A program made the position numbers and the translations under genes. Below are positions 45,816-54,313 of a DNA stretch of 64,000 nt, in pieces. Position 1 is the stretch's first letter, and every line of letters begins with the position of its first letter. This DNA comes from an uncultured Sangeribacter sp. (lineage in GTDB: Bacteria; Bacteroidota; Bacteroidia; Bacteroidales; Muribaculaceae): the NCBI GenBank assembly GCA_964418705.1, contig CAYQMV010000002.1:9743-73742 (forward strand), in the 5' to 3' direction. The notes beneath the pieces were generated by a model. It was not told where the DNA came from. It saw only the letters and a list, made by a program, of their open reading frames with translations, and searched no databases.

Positions 45816-47090
45816 ATGAATAGACTTTTTACGTTATCGATGGTTGCCGCAATGGCAATGACCGCGGTGAGCGCCAACGCTTCATTGCGTGATGATTTGG
45901 TGGGTTCATATACCGGAGCCGACCATGGTTATTCTTATTTCGCTTCTTACGAAACCTATGTCTCCTACACATGGAATGCCGGAGAGGGTGAGAACGCTCC
46001 CATGACCATTGAGGCTGGAGATGCCGCCGATGCCGTGGTACTTAAAAATTTCTTCCCCGGATTTTCCAACATTGGTTCTCCGGAGTTGAAAGGTACAGTG
46101 GTTGAGGATACCCAATATGATGGATATTTGGGATATATCAAAATCACACCGCAGGATTGCGGCACTTTCCATTATGACAAAGATGGAAATGACTATCCGA
46201 TGAAGTTCTCCGGCGCATATGATAGCGATGGATGGGCTGGATACACTGAGGACACGCTGCTTGAGGCTGATTTGTGGATTAGCTCCGACGGCTTCATCAG
46301 CACATACGGCAACGGATGGGCTTTGTGCTATCTCTATTCCAATGGATATTATTACTATGGTATCTATGGCGGTTCTGATTCCAATGACGGATTCACCAAA
46401 ATCGAAACCACTCCCTCCAACTCCGTGCGCGACAGTTATATCGGCAAATACAATGGCTTCATTGTAGCGGACTTGGATATCGTGGTTAATGAGAAGGCGC
46501 AAGTGAGATATGATTACGATGGTGTCAACAACGAGTATGTTGAGTTCGTGGCAGGCGAGGGCGCCGATGATATCGTGATCAAGAATCTTATTCCTACCGG
46601 ATTCAACTATATCTCCGCACCTGAGATTCCGGCTAAGATATTTGCTAGCGACAAGTATAAAGGCTACCGTGCCTACGTGGAAATCCAACCTCAGAAACTT
46701 GGCACTATGACAATTGAAGGAAAAGAGTACGACACATGGATCGGCGCTGATTGGGTTTTCCAATCTCATTTCTGCACCGCTCCTACGGAGCCGGCATATT
46801 TCTATATCGCCAACAACGGTGAAATTGAGGTGGACTATACCGGATGGTCTTTGTTTATCGATCTCAATGGTGATCAATCGGAGTATGGCATGGTGTTCGC
46901 CGCCGGACAGAATTTGGATACCCTCTATCCTATGAATGACAGTGTGAAGGGCATTGAGTCTGTTGACGAGAGCGACGCTCCGGTGGTGTACTATAACTTC
47001 AATGGTGTGCGCATGGATGGCAACAACCTCCTCCCGGGCATGTATATCAAACGCCAGGGAAGCAAAGCAACAAAAGTTGTGGTTAGATAG
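45816..47090 (+). CDS. Secreted protein with two copies of an uncharacterised ~170-aa module and a T9SS-type C-terminal sorting domain (paralog 1)
   Basis: Signal peptide ...AVSANA/SL. Modules start at SLRDDLVGSYTG and SVRDSYIGKYNG. The C-terminus VYYNFNGVRMDGNNLLPGMYIKRQGSKATKVVVR resembles Por/T9SS sorting domains. Confidence 0.8.
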   Translation: MNRLFTLSMVAAMAMTAVSANASLRDDLVGSYTGADHGYSYFASYETYVSYTWNAGEGENAPMTIEAGDAADAVVLKNFFPGFSNIGSPELKGTVVEDTQYDGYLGYIKITPQDCGTFHYDKDGNDYPMKFSGAYDSDGWAGYTEDTLLEADLWISSDGFISTYGNGWALCYLYSNGYYYYGIYGGSDSNDGFTKIETTPSNSVRDSYIGKYNGFIVADLDIVVNEKAQVRYDYDGVNNEYVEFVAGEGADDIVIKNLIPTGFNYISAPEIPAKIFASDKYKGYRAYVEIQPQKLGTMTIEGKEYDTWIGADWVFQSHFCTAPTEPAYFYIANNGEIEVDYTGWSLFIDLNGDQSEYGMVFAAGQNLDTLYPMNDSVKGIESVDESDAPVVYYNFNGVRMDGNNLLPGMYIKRQGSKATKVVVR

Positions 47091-47136
47091 CAGTGAGTAG
47101 ATAATAGATATTAGATAAATATTTATATAGAGGTCG

Positions 47137-47189
47137 GGACCTTTAAGGACTTTAACGCAGATGTGAGGTGTTAAGGAACTTAAAGGTCC
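47137..47189. terminator. Long imperfect hairpin between convergent genes
   Basis: ggacctttaag (47137-47147) pairs with cttaaaggtcc (47179-47189). It is followed by tttcat. Confidence 0.5.
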
Positions 47190-47249
47190 TTTCATCATTC
47201 ATAATTTATCATTCATAATTTATAATTACTTCATTCATCATTCATTCAC

Positions 47250-47972
47250 TTATTCGTGCGGTAGCTTCTCGCAACGCGGGGCTCCCTCTCCTTCAGGAGA
47301 GGGTGAGGGGTGAGGCTTCCCATTAAAAGCGGAGTAGGGGAGAAAGATGTCGCCGACTGCGGTTTTACGGGTGTTGGTATGTTTTTCATCGGTGGTGTGT
47401 TTTTCATCGGTGGTGTGTTTTTCATTGGTGTCGTTTTTCCCATTAGTTGAGGCGAGTTCAATGAAGATGCCGGAGGTGTCGCTGCGATAACCGAGGACTT
47501 GAGACCAAGGATAGAAAAATTCACGCTGCGGAAGCAACGGGGATTCAGTGGATGTTTTTGATGAATTCGACTCTATAGAGGCGACGGTCTTGTCGGGGTT
47601 CTCATCGGTGCTGTTTTGTTCCTCCTCCGGAGATTCTTTGGGAGCGTATGTTGTGATTAGGAGTCCGTCCGGGGAGAATGTGAGGGTGTGCGGTAGGAGA
47701 TTGAGGGCGTTCTCAAGGAGCATTCCGTGGTTGAAATAGAAAAGGAGGGCTATCATGGGGAGAACGAGGAGAATGAGCATGAAGCCTACGATGATGAAAC
47801 GGAGGTCGAAAAGGAACCCCGCCGCGAATAACAGCAGAGCCGCCAGACTCGCCGTGGTGATCCACCAAAAGCCATGGCGCGAAATCAAATGTCGGAGCAT
47901 TGCTCCGCGCTTCATCTTATATATGGGAGTGGTGGTTAGATGCGGGAGTGGTGAGTGTGAGGATGTGGGCAT
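47250..47972 (-). CDS. Hypothetical membrane protein with internal hexapeptide repeats
   Basis: Two hydrophobic helices (WWITTASLAALLLFAAGFLF, FIIVGFMLILLVLPMIALLFYF). The start could instead be MKRGAML (47915). Confidence 0.55.
   Translation of the reverse strand: MPTSSHSPLPHLTTTPIYKMKRGAMLRHLISRHGFWWITTASLAALLLFAAGFLFDLRFIIVGFMLILLVLPMIALLFYFNHGMLLENALNLLPHTLTFSPDGLLITTYAPKESPEEEQNSTDENPDKTVASIESNSSKTSTESPLLPQREFFYPWSQVLGYRSDTSGIFIELASTNGKNDTNEKHTTDEKHTTDEKHTNTRKTAVGDIFLPYSAFNGKPHPSPSPEGEGAPRCEKLPHE
47376..47447 (-). repeat. In-frame 18-bp tandem repeat, about 4 units, encoding (T/N)(N/D)EKHT
   Basis: Units lie at 47376, 47394 and 47412, with a degenerate one at 47430. The protein reads NDTNEKHTTDEKHTTDEKHTNT. 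Confidence 0.9.
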
Positions 47973-47991
47973 AGTGACTGTATAAAAGGTG

Positions 47992-48023
47992 CCACGGAGT
48001 TAACGCGTGGGCTAACTCCGTGG
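47992..48023 (-). terminator. Hairpin after the nucleoside phosphorylase gene
   Basis: ccacggagtta (47992-48002) pairs with taactccgtgg (48013-48023). Confidence 0.55.
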
Positions 48024-48037
48024 TATTGTGTCGGGGA

Positions 48038-48916
48038 TTAGAATCTGTCGAGCACTGTCTCCACCAATCGGCGTACAAATGGTTTGTAGTCGGTGTTGGC
48101 GGTGGTGAGACGGCGTTCCGCGATGATGCAGCAGACGGTCATCGCCTTATGGTGGAGGAGTTTCGCCATACCTTGTAGGCAAGCCGATTCCATCTCGAAG
48201 TTGGTGATGCATCTGCCGTTGAAGCGGAAGCTTTCAATTTTCTCATTGAGGGCCGGGTCGGCGAGGGGGAGACGTACCATACGTCCTTGAGGTGCGTAGA
48301 ATCCCACGGCGGCGATGGTGTATCCGCGGTGCATATCATCCTTGCCGATGCGGTTGAGGAGTTCCTCGTCAGCGTCCACGGTGTAGGGCGCGGGCCATAG
48401 CGGGTTCCACTGCACGTGGTCGCAGAAGGCTTTCTCGAACTCCAAGTCGCACACCTTATTGCGGTCGGCGTAGAAATTGAGGATTCCGTCGAATCCCATA
48501 CCTTTCTCCGCCATGACGAAATCGCCGATGTGAAGGTCCTCTTGTAGGGAGCCGGAGGTCCCGATGCGCACCATGTTGAGTGTGCGGTGTGTCGGTTTGA
48601 CGGTGCGTGTGGCGAAGTCTATGTTGGCGAGAGCGTCAAGCTCTGTCACTACGATTTCGATATTGTCGGGGCCGATACCGTGGGAGATGCACATGAGCGG
48701 TTTACCCTTGTAAGTGCCGCCTACGGCATGGAACTCGCGTGATTGCACATCGTAGTCGATGGTGTCGAAGTAGGATGCCACCATGTCCACACGTCCGGGG
48801 TCGCCCACCATTATTATATTGTCGCGGAGTTGCTCCGGACGCAGGTGGATGTGGAATACAGAGCCATCCTCGTTGATGATAAGCTCCGATGCCGGTATTA
48901 CTCTGTTTTCTGACAT
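48038..48916 (-). CDS. Nucleoside phosphorylase (PNP/UDP family, uridine-phosphorylase-like)
   Basis: Contains FHIHL.PE......II.VGDPGRV, the GIGPDNIEIV.TEL-type block and the RIGTSG motif. Confidence 0.75.
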   Translation of the reverse strand: MSENRVIPASELIINEDGSVFHIHLRPEQLRDNIIMVGDPGRVDMVASYFDTIDYDVQSREFHAVGGTYKGKPLMCISHGIGPDNIEIVVTELDALANIDFATRTVKPTHRTLNMVRIGTSGSLQEDLHIGDFVMAEKGMGFDGILNFYADRNKVCDLEFEKAFCDHVQWNPLWPAPYTVDADEELLNRIGKDDMHRGYTIAAVGFYAPQGRMVRLPLADPALNEKIESFRFNGRCITNFEMESACLQGMAKLLHHKAMTVCCIIAERRLTTANTDYKPFVRRLVETVLDRF

Positions 48917-48953
48917 AGTATTTTGGATTTATGTTATTATTTCCTGTTGCCTT

Positions 48954-49036
48954 CTATTAATAGCTTTCTGTTGTCTTCTATTAATAGCTTCTTGTTGCCT
49001 TCTATTAATAGCTTTTTGTCGGTTTTCTATTAATAG
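48954..49036. promoter_or_regulatory. Four phased copies of the perfect 10-bp palindrome CTATTAATAG within a 24-bp tandem unit
   Basis: Palindromes lie at 48954-48963, 48978-48987, 49002-49011 and 49027-49036 (spacing 24, 24, 25). The first is 38 nt upstream of the nucleoside phosphorylase ATG (48916, minus strand). Confidence 0.6.
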
Positions 49037-49088
49037 AGCTTTCTGTTAAAGTTTTCTATATATTCCCTCGAATATGATAAACGTTTAA

Positions 49089-49277
49089 CTAACGGAATTG
49101 GTTGATAGCCTCCACATATTCGAAGCCGGCGGCTCGCAGACGTCGCGTAAGCTCCTCTTGCTCCACATCAAGGTCGCGGCATAGCGAGTCAAGGGTGTCG
49201 TAGCCGTCGCGCAGCTTCATGTTGACCATACTGAGCAGCATGAAGGGGTCTTTGGGTAAATTCGAGTTTGTTGTCAT
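49089..49277 (-). CDS. DUF4250-like small protein (62 aa)
   Basis: MTTNSNLPKDPFMLLSMVNMKLRDGYDTLDSLCRDLDVEQEELTRRLRAAGFEYVEAINQFR matches my recollection of DUF4250. A TACATTTG box inside the longer ORF supports the short start. Confidence 0.7.
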   Translation of the reverse strand: MTTNSNLPKDPFMLLSMVNMKLRDGYDTLDSLCRDLDVEQEELTRRLRAAGFEYVEAINQFR

Positions 49278-49302
49278 TATCTTGTTTGATACTATTTCTC
49301 CA

Positions 49303-49310
49303 CAAATGTA
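49303..49310 (-). promoter_or_regulatory. Candidate -7 box TACATTTG (minus strand) for the DUF4250-like gene
   Basis: Reverse complement of caaatgta, 26 nt upstream of the ATG at 49277. Confidence 0.45.
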
Positions 49311-49586
49311 GCTAAAAATCTTGATATTCTCACATTGACGGGGTAAATCTTGACGGAATCTTGATGAAAAAAAGATGTGGACTTGGCGTGAAAAAGAGGG
49401 ATTATGGCGGATTGTCAAAATTTTAGCATCTTCCTTGAAGTGCAAAGTGACAGAATTTGAGGTTGTATAGAAAATGAAAATAGCAAAATGATAGAATTTA
49501 GTCTGAGATAGGGTAGTTTCTTTGAATGGAAATATGCTTTTATTGGTAAAAATTTTTTTATTTCATGAAAAAATGTCTTTTGAAAA

Positions 49587-49618
49587 TTTGGATTGTAAAC
49601 GAAAATCTCTTAAATTTG
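49587..49618 (+). promoter_or_regulatory. Promoter of paralog 2 / SusC-SusD operon (-33 TTTG, 20-nt spacer, -7 TAAATTTG)
   Basis: TTTG at 49587-49590 and TAAATTTG at 49611-49618. The flanks AAAATTTGGA and TAAATTTGC are identical to those of the paralog 1 promoter. Confidence 0.6.
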
Positions 49619-49734
49619 CGGCATCTTCATGGATCGCGTTAAACCGAAAATTCATCATGGATCGATCGTGTTGAATGCAGCCTCTTCATGAGACCGTGAA
49701 ACGAGAACTCTATAAATAACTAAATCAAATACGT

Positions 49735-51009
49735 ATGTTTAAACTTATTACATCATCAATGCTCGTAGCGATGTTGGCTACAGCAGCGACAGCGTCCGCG
49801 TCATTGCGCGACCAACTAGTAGGTGAGTATCAAGGCAACGCCGGTGGATGGGAATACTCCACAGGGGAATTTGTCTATTACGATGTCAATTACGACGGAG
49901 TGAACAATGCCTATGTCTCCATTCAGGCAGGTACCGCCGATGACGAAGTGCTTATCTCTAACCTTGTCCCCTCCGGCTTCTCTTATCTTAAGCCTATCGG
50001 TCCGTTGAAAGGCAAATTGGTGGAACCGGCGAACTTCCAAGATTATATCGCTTGCATCGAAGTGGAGTCTCAAGAGGCATATCTTGTTTCCGACAGCGAC
50101 CAAGGTTACTTCGCAAGAGGATGGTATGTGGAGGAAGAGGATGGCGAGGAAACCGCTGACTGGTACAGCGCTCCTTACGAGTCCGCCCTTATTTATATCA
50201 ACGCCGACTATAGCATTTCACTTGCGAACTATGGATGGGGCGTTTATGTGTATGATGAGGATTATGGCTACTACTCCGTAGCTTACGGCGGTTCATCAGG
50301 CGACAAGCTCGTGAAAGTAGGCACCGCGCCCTCCACAGACACCGCTTTCCGCGACAAATTCCTCGGAAAATACACCGGCTTGATTGGCGGTACCGAGTAT
50401 TTGGTTAACTATGGAAGTTCATTCGAATTCACTTACGACGGCACTGAGAACCAATATGTTCAGATCGTAGCCGGCGAGGGTGACGACGATGTGGTGATTA
50501 AAAACCTTATCCCCACAAGCTATACCGCAATTTCCGCCGGTGATATCCCCGCCAAGCTTTACGCTTATGATGGATACGATGGATACCAAGGATATATCGA
50601 GGTCCAACCTCAGAAAATCGGATCGATGGTTTACTACGGATACACCCTTGACGCATGGTTCGGCGCCGCATGGAACAGCACGGATTATTGCTCAGGTCCC
50701 ACAGAAGCCGCATACTTCTATATCGCCAACGACGGCTCAATCGTGATGAACTTCACCGGATGGACTGTGTATATGGATTACAACAGTGACCAGACGACTT
50801 ACTATCCCGGTTTCTGCACAGGTTATAAGAATGACACCCTCACTCCCGTATCACTCGACGGTGTGAAGGCAATCGAATCTGTTGACGAAAGCGACGCTCC
50901 CGCAGTTTACTACAACTTCAACGGTGTGCGCGTTGACGGCGACAACCTCCTCCCCGGCATGTATATCAAACGCCAGGGCAACAAGTCTGTAAAAGTCCTT
51001 GTTAAATAA
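49735..51009 (+). CDS. Secreted twin-module protein with T9SS-type C-terminal sorting domain (paralog 2)
   Basis: Also 424 aa. Signal peptide ...ATASA/SL. Modules start at SLRDQLVGEYQG and AFRDKFLGKYTG. The C-terminus VYYNFNGVRVDGDNLLPGMYIKRQGNKSVKVLVK resembles a T9SS sorting domain. Confidence 0.8.
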   Translation: MFKLITSSMLVAMLATAATASASLRDQLVGEYQGNAGGWEYSTGEFVYYDVNYDGVNNAYVSIQAGTADDEVLISNLVPSGFSYLKPIGPLKGKLVEPANFQDYIACIEVESQEAYLVSDSDQGYFARGWYVEEEDGEETADWYSAPYESALIYINADYSISLANYGWGVYVYDEDYGYYSVAYGGSSGDKLVKVGTAPSTDTAFRDKFLGKYTGLIGGTEYLVNYGSSFEFTYDGTENQYVQIVAGEGDDDVVIKNLIPTSYTAISAGDIPAKLYAYDGYDGYQGYIEVQPQKIGSMVYYGYTLDAWFGAAWNSTDYCSGPTEAAYFYIANDGSIVMNFTGWTVYMDYNSDQTTYYPGFCTGYKNDTLTPVSLDGVKAIESVDESDAPAVYYNFNGVRVDGDNLLPGMYIKRQGNKSVKVLVK

Positions 51010-51028
51010 TTTTTGAAGATGGTGGTCC

Positions 51029-51045
51029 GGGGTCGTGGCGACCCC
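51029..51045 (+). other. GC-rich intercistronic hairpin without a T-run
   Basis: ggggtcg-tgg-cgacccc. An alternative outer pairing is gtccggg/cccggac. It lies between paralog 2 and SusC, and I saw no TAnnTTTG box before SusC. Confidence 0.5.
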
Positions 51046-51100
51046 ATGATCCCGGACTTCATATTCGAAACCTTATTTACCGTGAAAAAATATTTCGTAG

Positions 51101-54100
51101 ATGAAAGCAAAATTTTTCTTGATTCTTGCCTGCATACTATTGGGCGTAAGTGTAGTACAGGCACAGACGAAGCGCACTGTCAAGGGTGTCGTCACTTCCC
51201 AAGCGGATGGCGAGCCGGTGATAGGCGCGTCAGTGTTAGTTAAGGGTACCACTCTCGGCGACGCCACCGATGTGGATGGTCAGTTCACTATTCCTAATGT
51301 TTCGGAGTCTTACACCACTTTGGTAGTCTCTTATGTGGGGATGAAATCCAAGGAGGTGAAAATAGAGGCTGGGGAGATGCACATCATATTGGAGAGCGAG
51401 TCTCAATTGCTTGACGAAGTGATGGTGGTGGCATACGGAACAGCCACAAAATCCTCATTCACCGGCTCCGCCGCCGTGATGAAAGCTGATCAAATTGAAC
51501 AAACCCAAGTGTCGAATCCCCTCAACGCCATCGATGGAAAGGTGGCGGGCGTGCAGATGACCAACGCTACCGGACAACCCGGTGAAAGTTCACCTACAAT
51601 CCGTATCCGCGGTATCTCCTCAATCAATGCGGGCAACGACCCCTTGATTATAGTGGATGGTGCTCCTTACAGCGGCAGCGTAAGCAATATCAGCACCACC
51701 GATATCGAATCCATGACTATTCTTAAAGATGCTGCCTCCAACGCCCTCTACGGCGCGCGCGGTGCCAACGGCGTTATCTTGATCACAACCAAGAAGGGTA
51801 ACCACTCCGGCGACGCCACCGTCACTCTCGACGCCAAATGGGGCGGTAACTCCAAGGCAACTCAGAACTACAAATATATCACCAATCCCGCACAATACTA
51901 CGAGACTTATTACAAAGCCCTCTACAACAGCCGTATCGCCAAAGGCTCCACAGCCGCCGATGCCAATGTCTGGGCAAACAATAATCTTATCAGCGGAGCC
52001 AACGGCTTAGGCTATAATGTCTACAACGTGCCCGACGGTCAATACCTTATCGGAACCAACGGCAAACTCAACCCCAACGCCACTCTCGGCAATTTGGTGA
52101 ACTACAACGGACAGGAGTATCTCCTTACTTCCGACAACTGGCTCGACAACGCCTATAAGACAAGTCTCCGTCAGGAGTACAACCTCAGCGTGTCGGCCGG
52201 CAACGACAGAACCAACTTCTACGCTTCGGCAAGCTATCTCGACAACGACGGTATCACCGAGAACTCCGGCTATCGCCGTTTGACCACACGCCTCACCGCC
52301 GACACCCAAGCCAAATCGTGGCTGAAAGTAGGTGGTAACTTCGCTTACACCCACTATGAGACCAAGTCCACCTCCTCCGATGGTGACTCAAGCTCTTCGG
52401 GTAATATCTTCGCGGTGGCTAACAAGATGGCCCCCATCTATCCCCTTTATATCCGCGACGCTTTCGGCAACATCCTCACCGACGTGAACGGAAACCGCCG
52501 TTTCGACTATGGCGACGGTGCCAACGCCGGGATGGAGCGTCCCTATTTCTCGCTCACCAACGCGCTCTCCGACGCTATCTTGAACACCAACAAGAGCGGC
52601 GGCAACAGCGTCAACGCCACCGGCTTCGCTGAAATCCGTTTCCTCAACGACTTCAAATTCACCTCCAACAACAACGTCTCTGTGGATGAGGTGAGATACA
52701 ATATGGTTTCCAACCCCTATTACGGTTATGCCGCAAATAGTGGTGGTTACAACTACGTTTACCACTACCGCACCATGAACTACTCATTCCAACAATTGTT
52801 GAACTGGGACCGTTCATTCGGTAAGAACACTCTCGGTGTCCTCTTGGGACATGAGAACTACTGCTACCGCTACACCACTCTCGGCGGCGGTAAAGCCAAC
52901 ATCCTCAGCGAGTCAAATAAGGAGCTTGACGGCGCTATCATCAACGCCGAGATTACCTCCAACACCACCGACTACAACAACGAGGGTTATTTGATGAGGG
53001 CGCAATACGACTTCGATCAAAAATACTTCGGTTCATTCTCCATCCGCCGCGACGGTTCCTCACGCTTCCATCCCGATCACCGTTGGGGTACCTTCTGGTC
53101 GTTGGGCGGTGCGTATAATATGCACAAAGAGTCATGGTTCGACGTCGCATGGATAGATATGTTCAAAATCAAGGCATCCTATGGTGAGCAGGGTAACGAC
53201 AACATCGGTGAGTTCCGCTACGTTGATACTTACACCCTTGAAAACGGTGGAGGTCAGGTGGCTGTGGTTCCTTACCAAAAGGGTAACTCCACAATCACAT
53301 GGGAGAAGAACGGCAACTTCAACGCCGGTTTCGAGTTCTCCGTGCTCAATTCACGTCTCTCCGGCAGCGCCGAGTTCTTCTACCGCCGCACATCCGATAT
53401 GTTGTCGTGGGTATCACTCCCCGGCTCCTATGGATGGACAGGCTACTACGACAATATCGGTAATATGCAGAACCTCGGTGTCGAGATCGACCTCACAGCG
53501 AATATCATCAGCACCCGTGACTTCAATTGGAGCGTGAACGCCAATATGACATGGTACAAGAACAAGATCACCTCCATCTACGATAAGAACAAGACAATGA
53601 ACGTGGAGGGCCACGGAGGATACAACTCAAGCTATTACTACTATGGCGAGGGATGTTCACTCTATACCTTCTATCTCCCCGCTTACGCCGGAGTGGATGA
53701 GGATGGTCAGGCACTCTACTATTGCGATAAGACCGACGCCAACGGCAACACCGTCCGCGGCACCACCACCAAGTATGGCGATGAAGCCACTTACTATCTC
53801 TGTGACTCCGCACTTCCATCCGTATATGGCGGTTTCGGCACCACATTGGAATATAAAGGATTCGACCTCACCGTGAACTTCGCTTACTCCATCGGCGGCA
53901 AGGTCTACGACAGCGACTATCAAGCAGCCATGTCGTCGCCCACCACCACCAACCGTGGTTATGCGTTCCACGCTGATATCCTCGATTCCTGGTCCACCGA
54001 CAACAAATCTTCGAATATTCCGCGTTTGGCTTACGGCGACCAATACACCGCCGCGATGTCCGACAGATTCCTCACCGACGCGTCTTACCTCTCATTGCAG

Positions 54101-54307
54101 AACATCAACTTCGGCTATTCATTGCCGCAGAACGTGACCCGCAAGATGAAATTGCAGCGAGTGAGATTCTATCTATCCGCCGACAATATTTGGTTGTGGA
54201 GCAAACGTCAGGGACTTGACCCGCGTCAATCCTTCAACGGTACCGCCACCGCCTCATATTACGCGCCTATCCGCACAATCTCCGGTGGTTTTAACGTAAC
54301 CTTCTAA
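51101..54307 (+). CDS. SusC/RagA-family TonB-linked transporter (second copy)
   Basis: Contains VKGVVTSQADGEPVIGASVLVKGTTLGDATDVDGQFTI and TonB box VMVVAYGT. 1068 aa. There is no N-terminal STN signalling extension. Confidence 0.95.
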   Translation: MKAKFFLILACILLGVSVVQAQTKRTVKGVVTSQADGEPVIGASVLVKGTTLGDATDVDGQFTIPNVSESYTTLVVSYVGMKSKEVKIEAGEMHIILESESQLLDEVMVVAYGTATKSSFTGSAAVMKADQIEQTQVSNPLNAIDGKVAGVQMTNATGQPGESSPTIRIRGISSINAGNDPLIIVDGAPYSGSVSNISTTDIESMTILKDAASNALYGARGANGVILITTKKGNHSGDATVTLDAKWGGNSKATQNYKYITNPAQYYETYYKALYNSRIAKGSTAADANVWANNNLISGANGLGYNVYNVPDGQYLIGTNGKLNPNATLGNLVNYNGQEYLLTSDNWLDNAYKTSLRQEYNLSVSAGNDRTNFYASASYLDNDGITENSGYRRLTTRLTADTQAKSWLKVGGNFAYTHYETKSTSSDGDSSSSGNIFAVANKMAPIYPLYIRDAFGNILTDVNGNRRFDYGDGANAGMERPYFSLTNALSDAILNTNKSGGNSVNATGFAEIRFLNDFKFTSNNNVSVDEVRYNMVSNPYYGYAANSGGYNYVYHYRTMNYSFQQLLNWDRSFGKNTLGVLLGHENYCYRYTTLGGGKANILSESNKELDGAIINAEITSNTTDYNNEGYLMRAQYDFDQKYFGSFSIRRDGSSRFHPDHRWGTFWSLGGAYNMHKESWFDVAWIDMFKIKASYGEQGNDNIGEFRYVDTYTLENGGGQVAVVPYQKGNSTITWEKNGNFNAGFEFSVLNSRLSGSAEFFYRRTSDMLSWVSLPGSYGWTGYYDNIGNMQNLGVEIDLTANIISTRDFNWSVNANMTWYKNKITSIYDKNKTMNVEGHGGYNSSYYYYGEGCSLYTFYLPAYAGVDEDGQALYYCDKTDANGNTVRGTTTKYGDEATYYLCDSALPSVYGGFGTTLEYKGFDLTVNFAYSIGGKVYDSDYQAAMSSPTTTNRGYAFHADILDSWSTDNKSSNIPRLAYGDQYTAAMSDRFLTDASYLSLQNINFGYSLPQNVTRKMKLQRVRFYLSADNIWLWSKRQGLDPRQSFNGTATASYYAPIRTISGGFNVTF

Positions 54308-54313
54308 AATGCT

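Noticed and set aside
45906-47198. 430-aa ORF on the minus strand completely antisense to T9SS paralog 1. Similar long antisense ORFs lie at 34495-35757, 18361-19650, 15967-17061, 31331-32038 and 4532-5473.
   Set aside because: Each lies entirely within, and opposite to, a plus-strand gene with clear family motifs, signal peptides and promoters. Their translations are low-complexity (rich in V, G, H, R and I) with no start context. They are typical shadow ORFs of GC-biased coding DNA.
47246-47524. 92-aa minus-strand ORF with MKNTPP repeats
   Set aside because: It is an alternative frame of the same 18-bp minisatellite inside the 47250-47972 ORF. The longer frame, which has transmembrane helices, is preferred.
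48783-49049. 88-aa plus-strand ORF with repeated CCLLLIA(F/S) peptide
   Set aside because: The repeat is just the translation of the 24-bp intergenic tandem array. The ORF begins antisense inside the nucleoside phosphorylase gene and has no promoter or start context.
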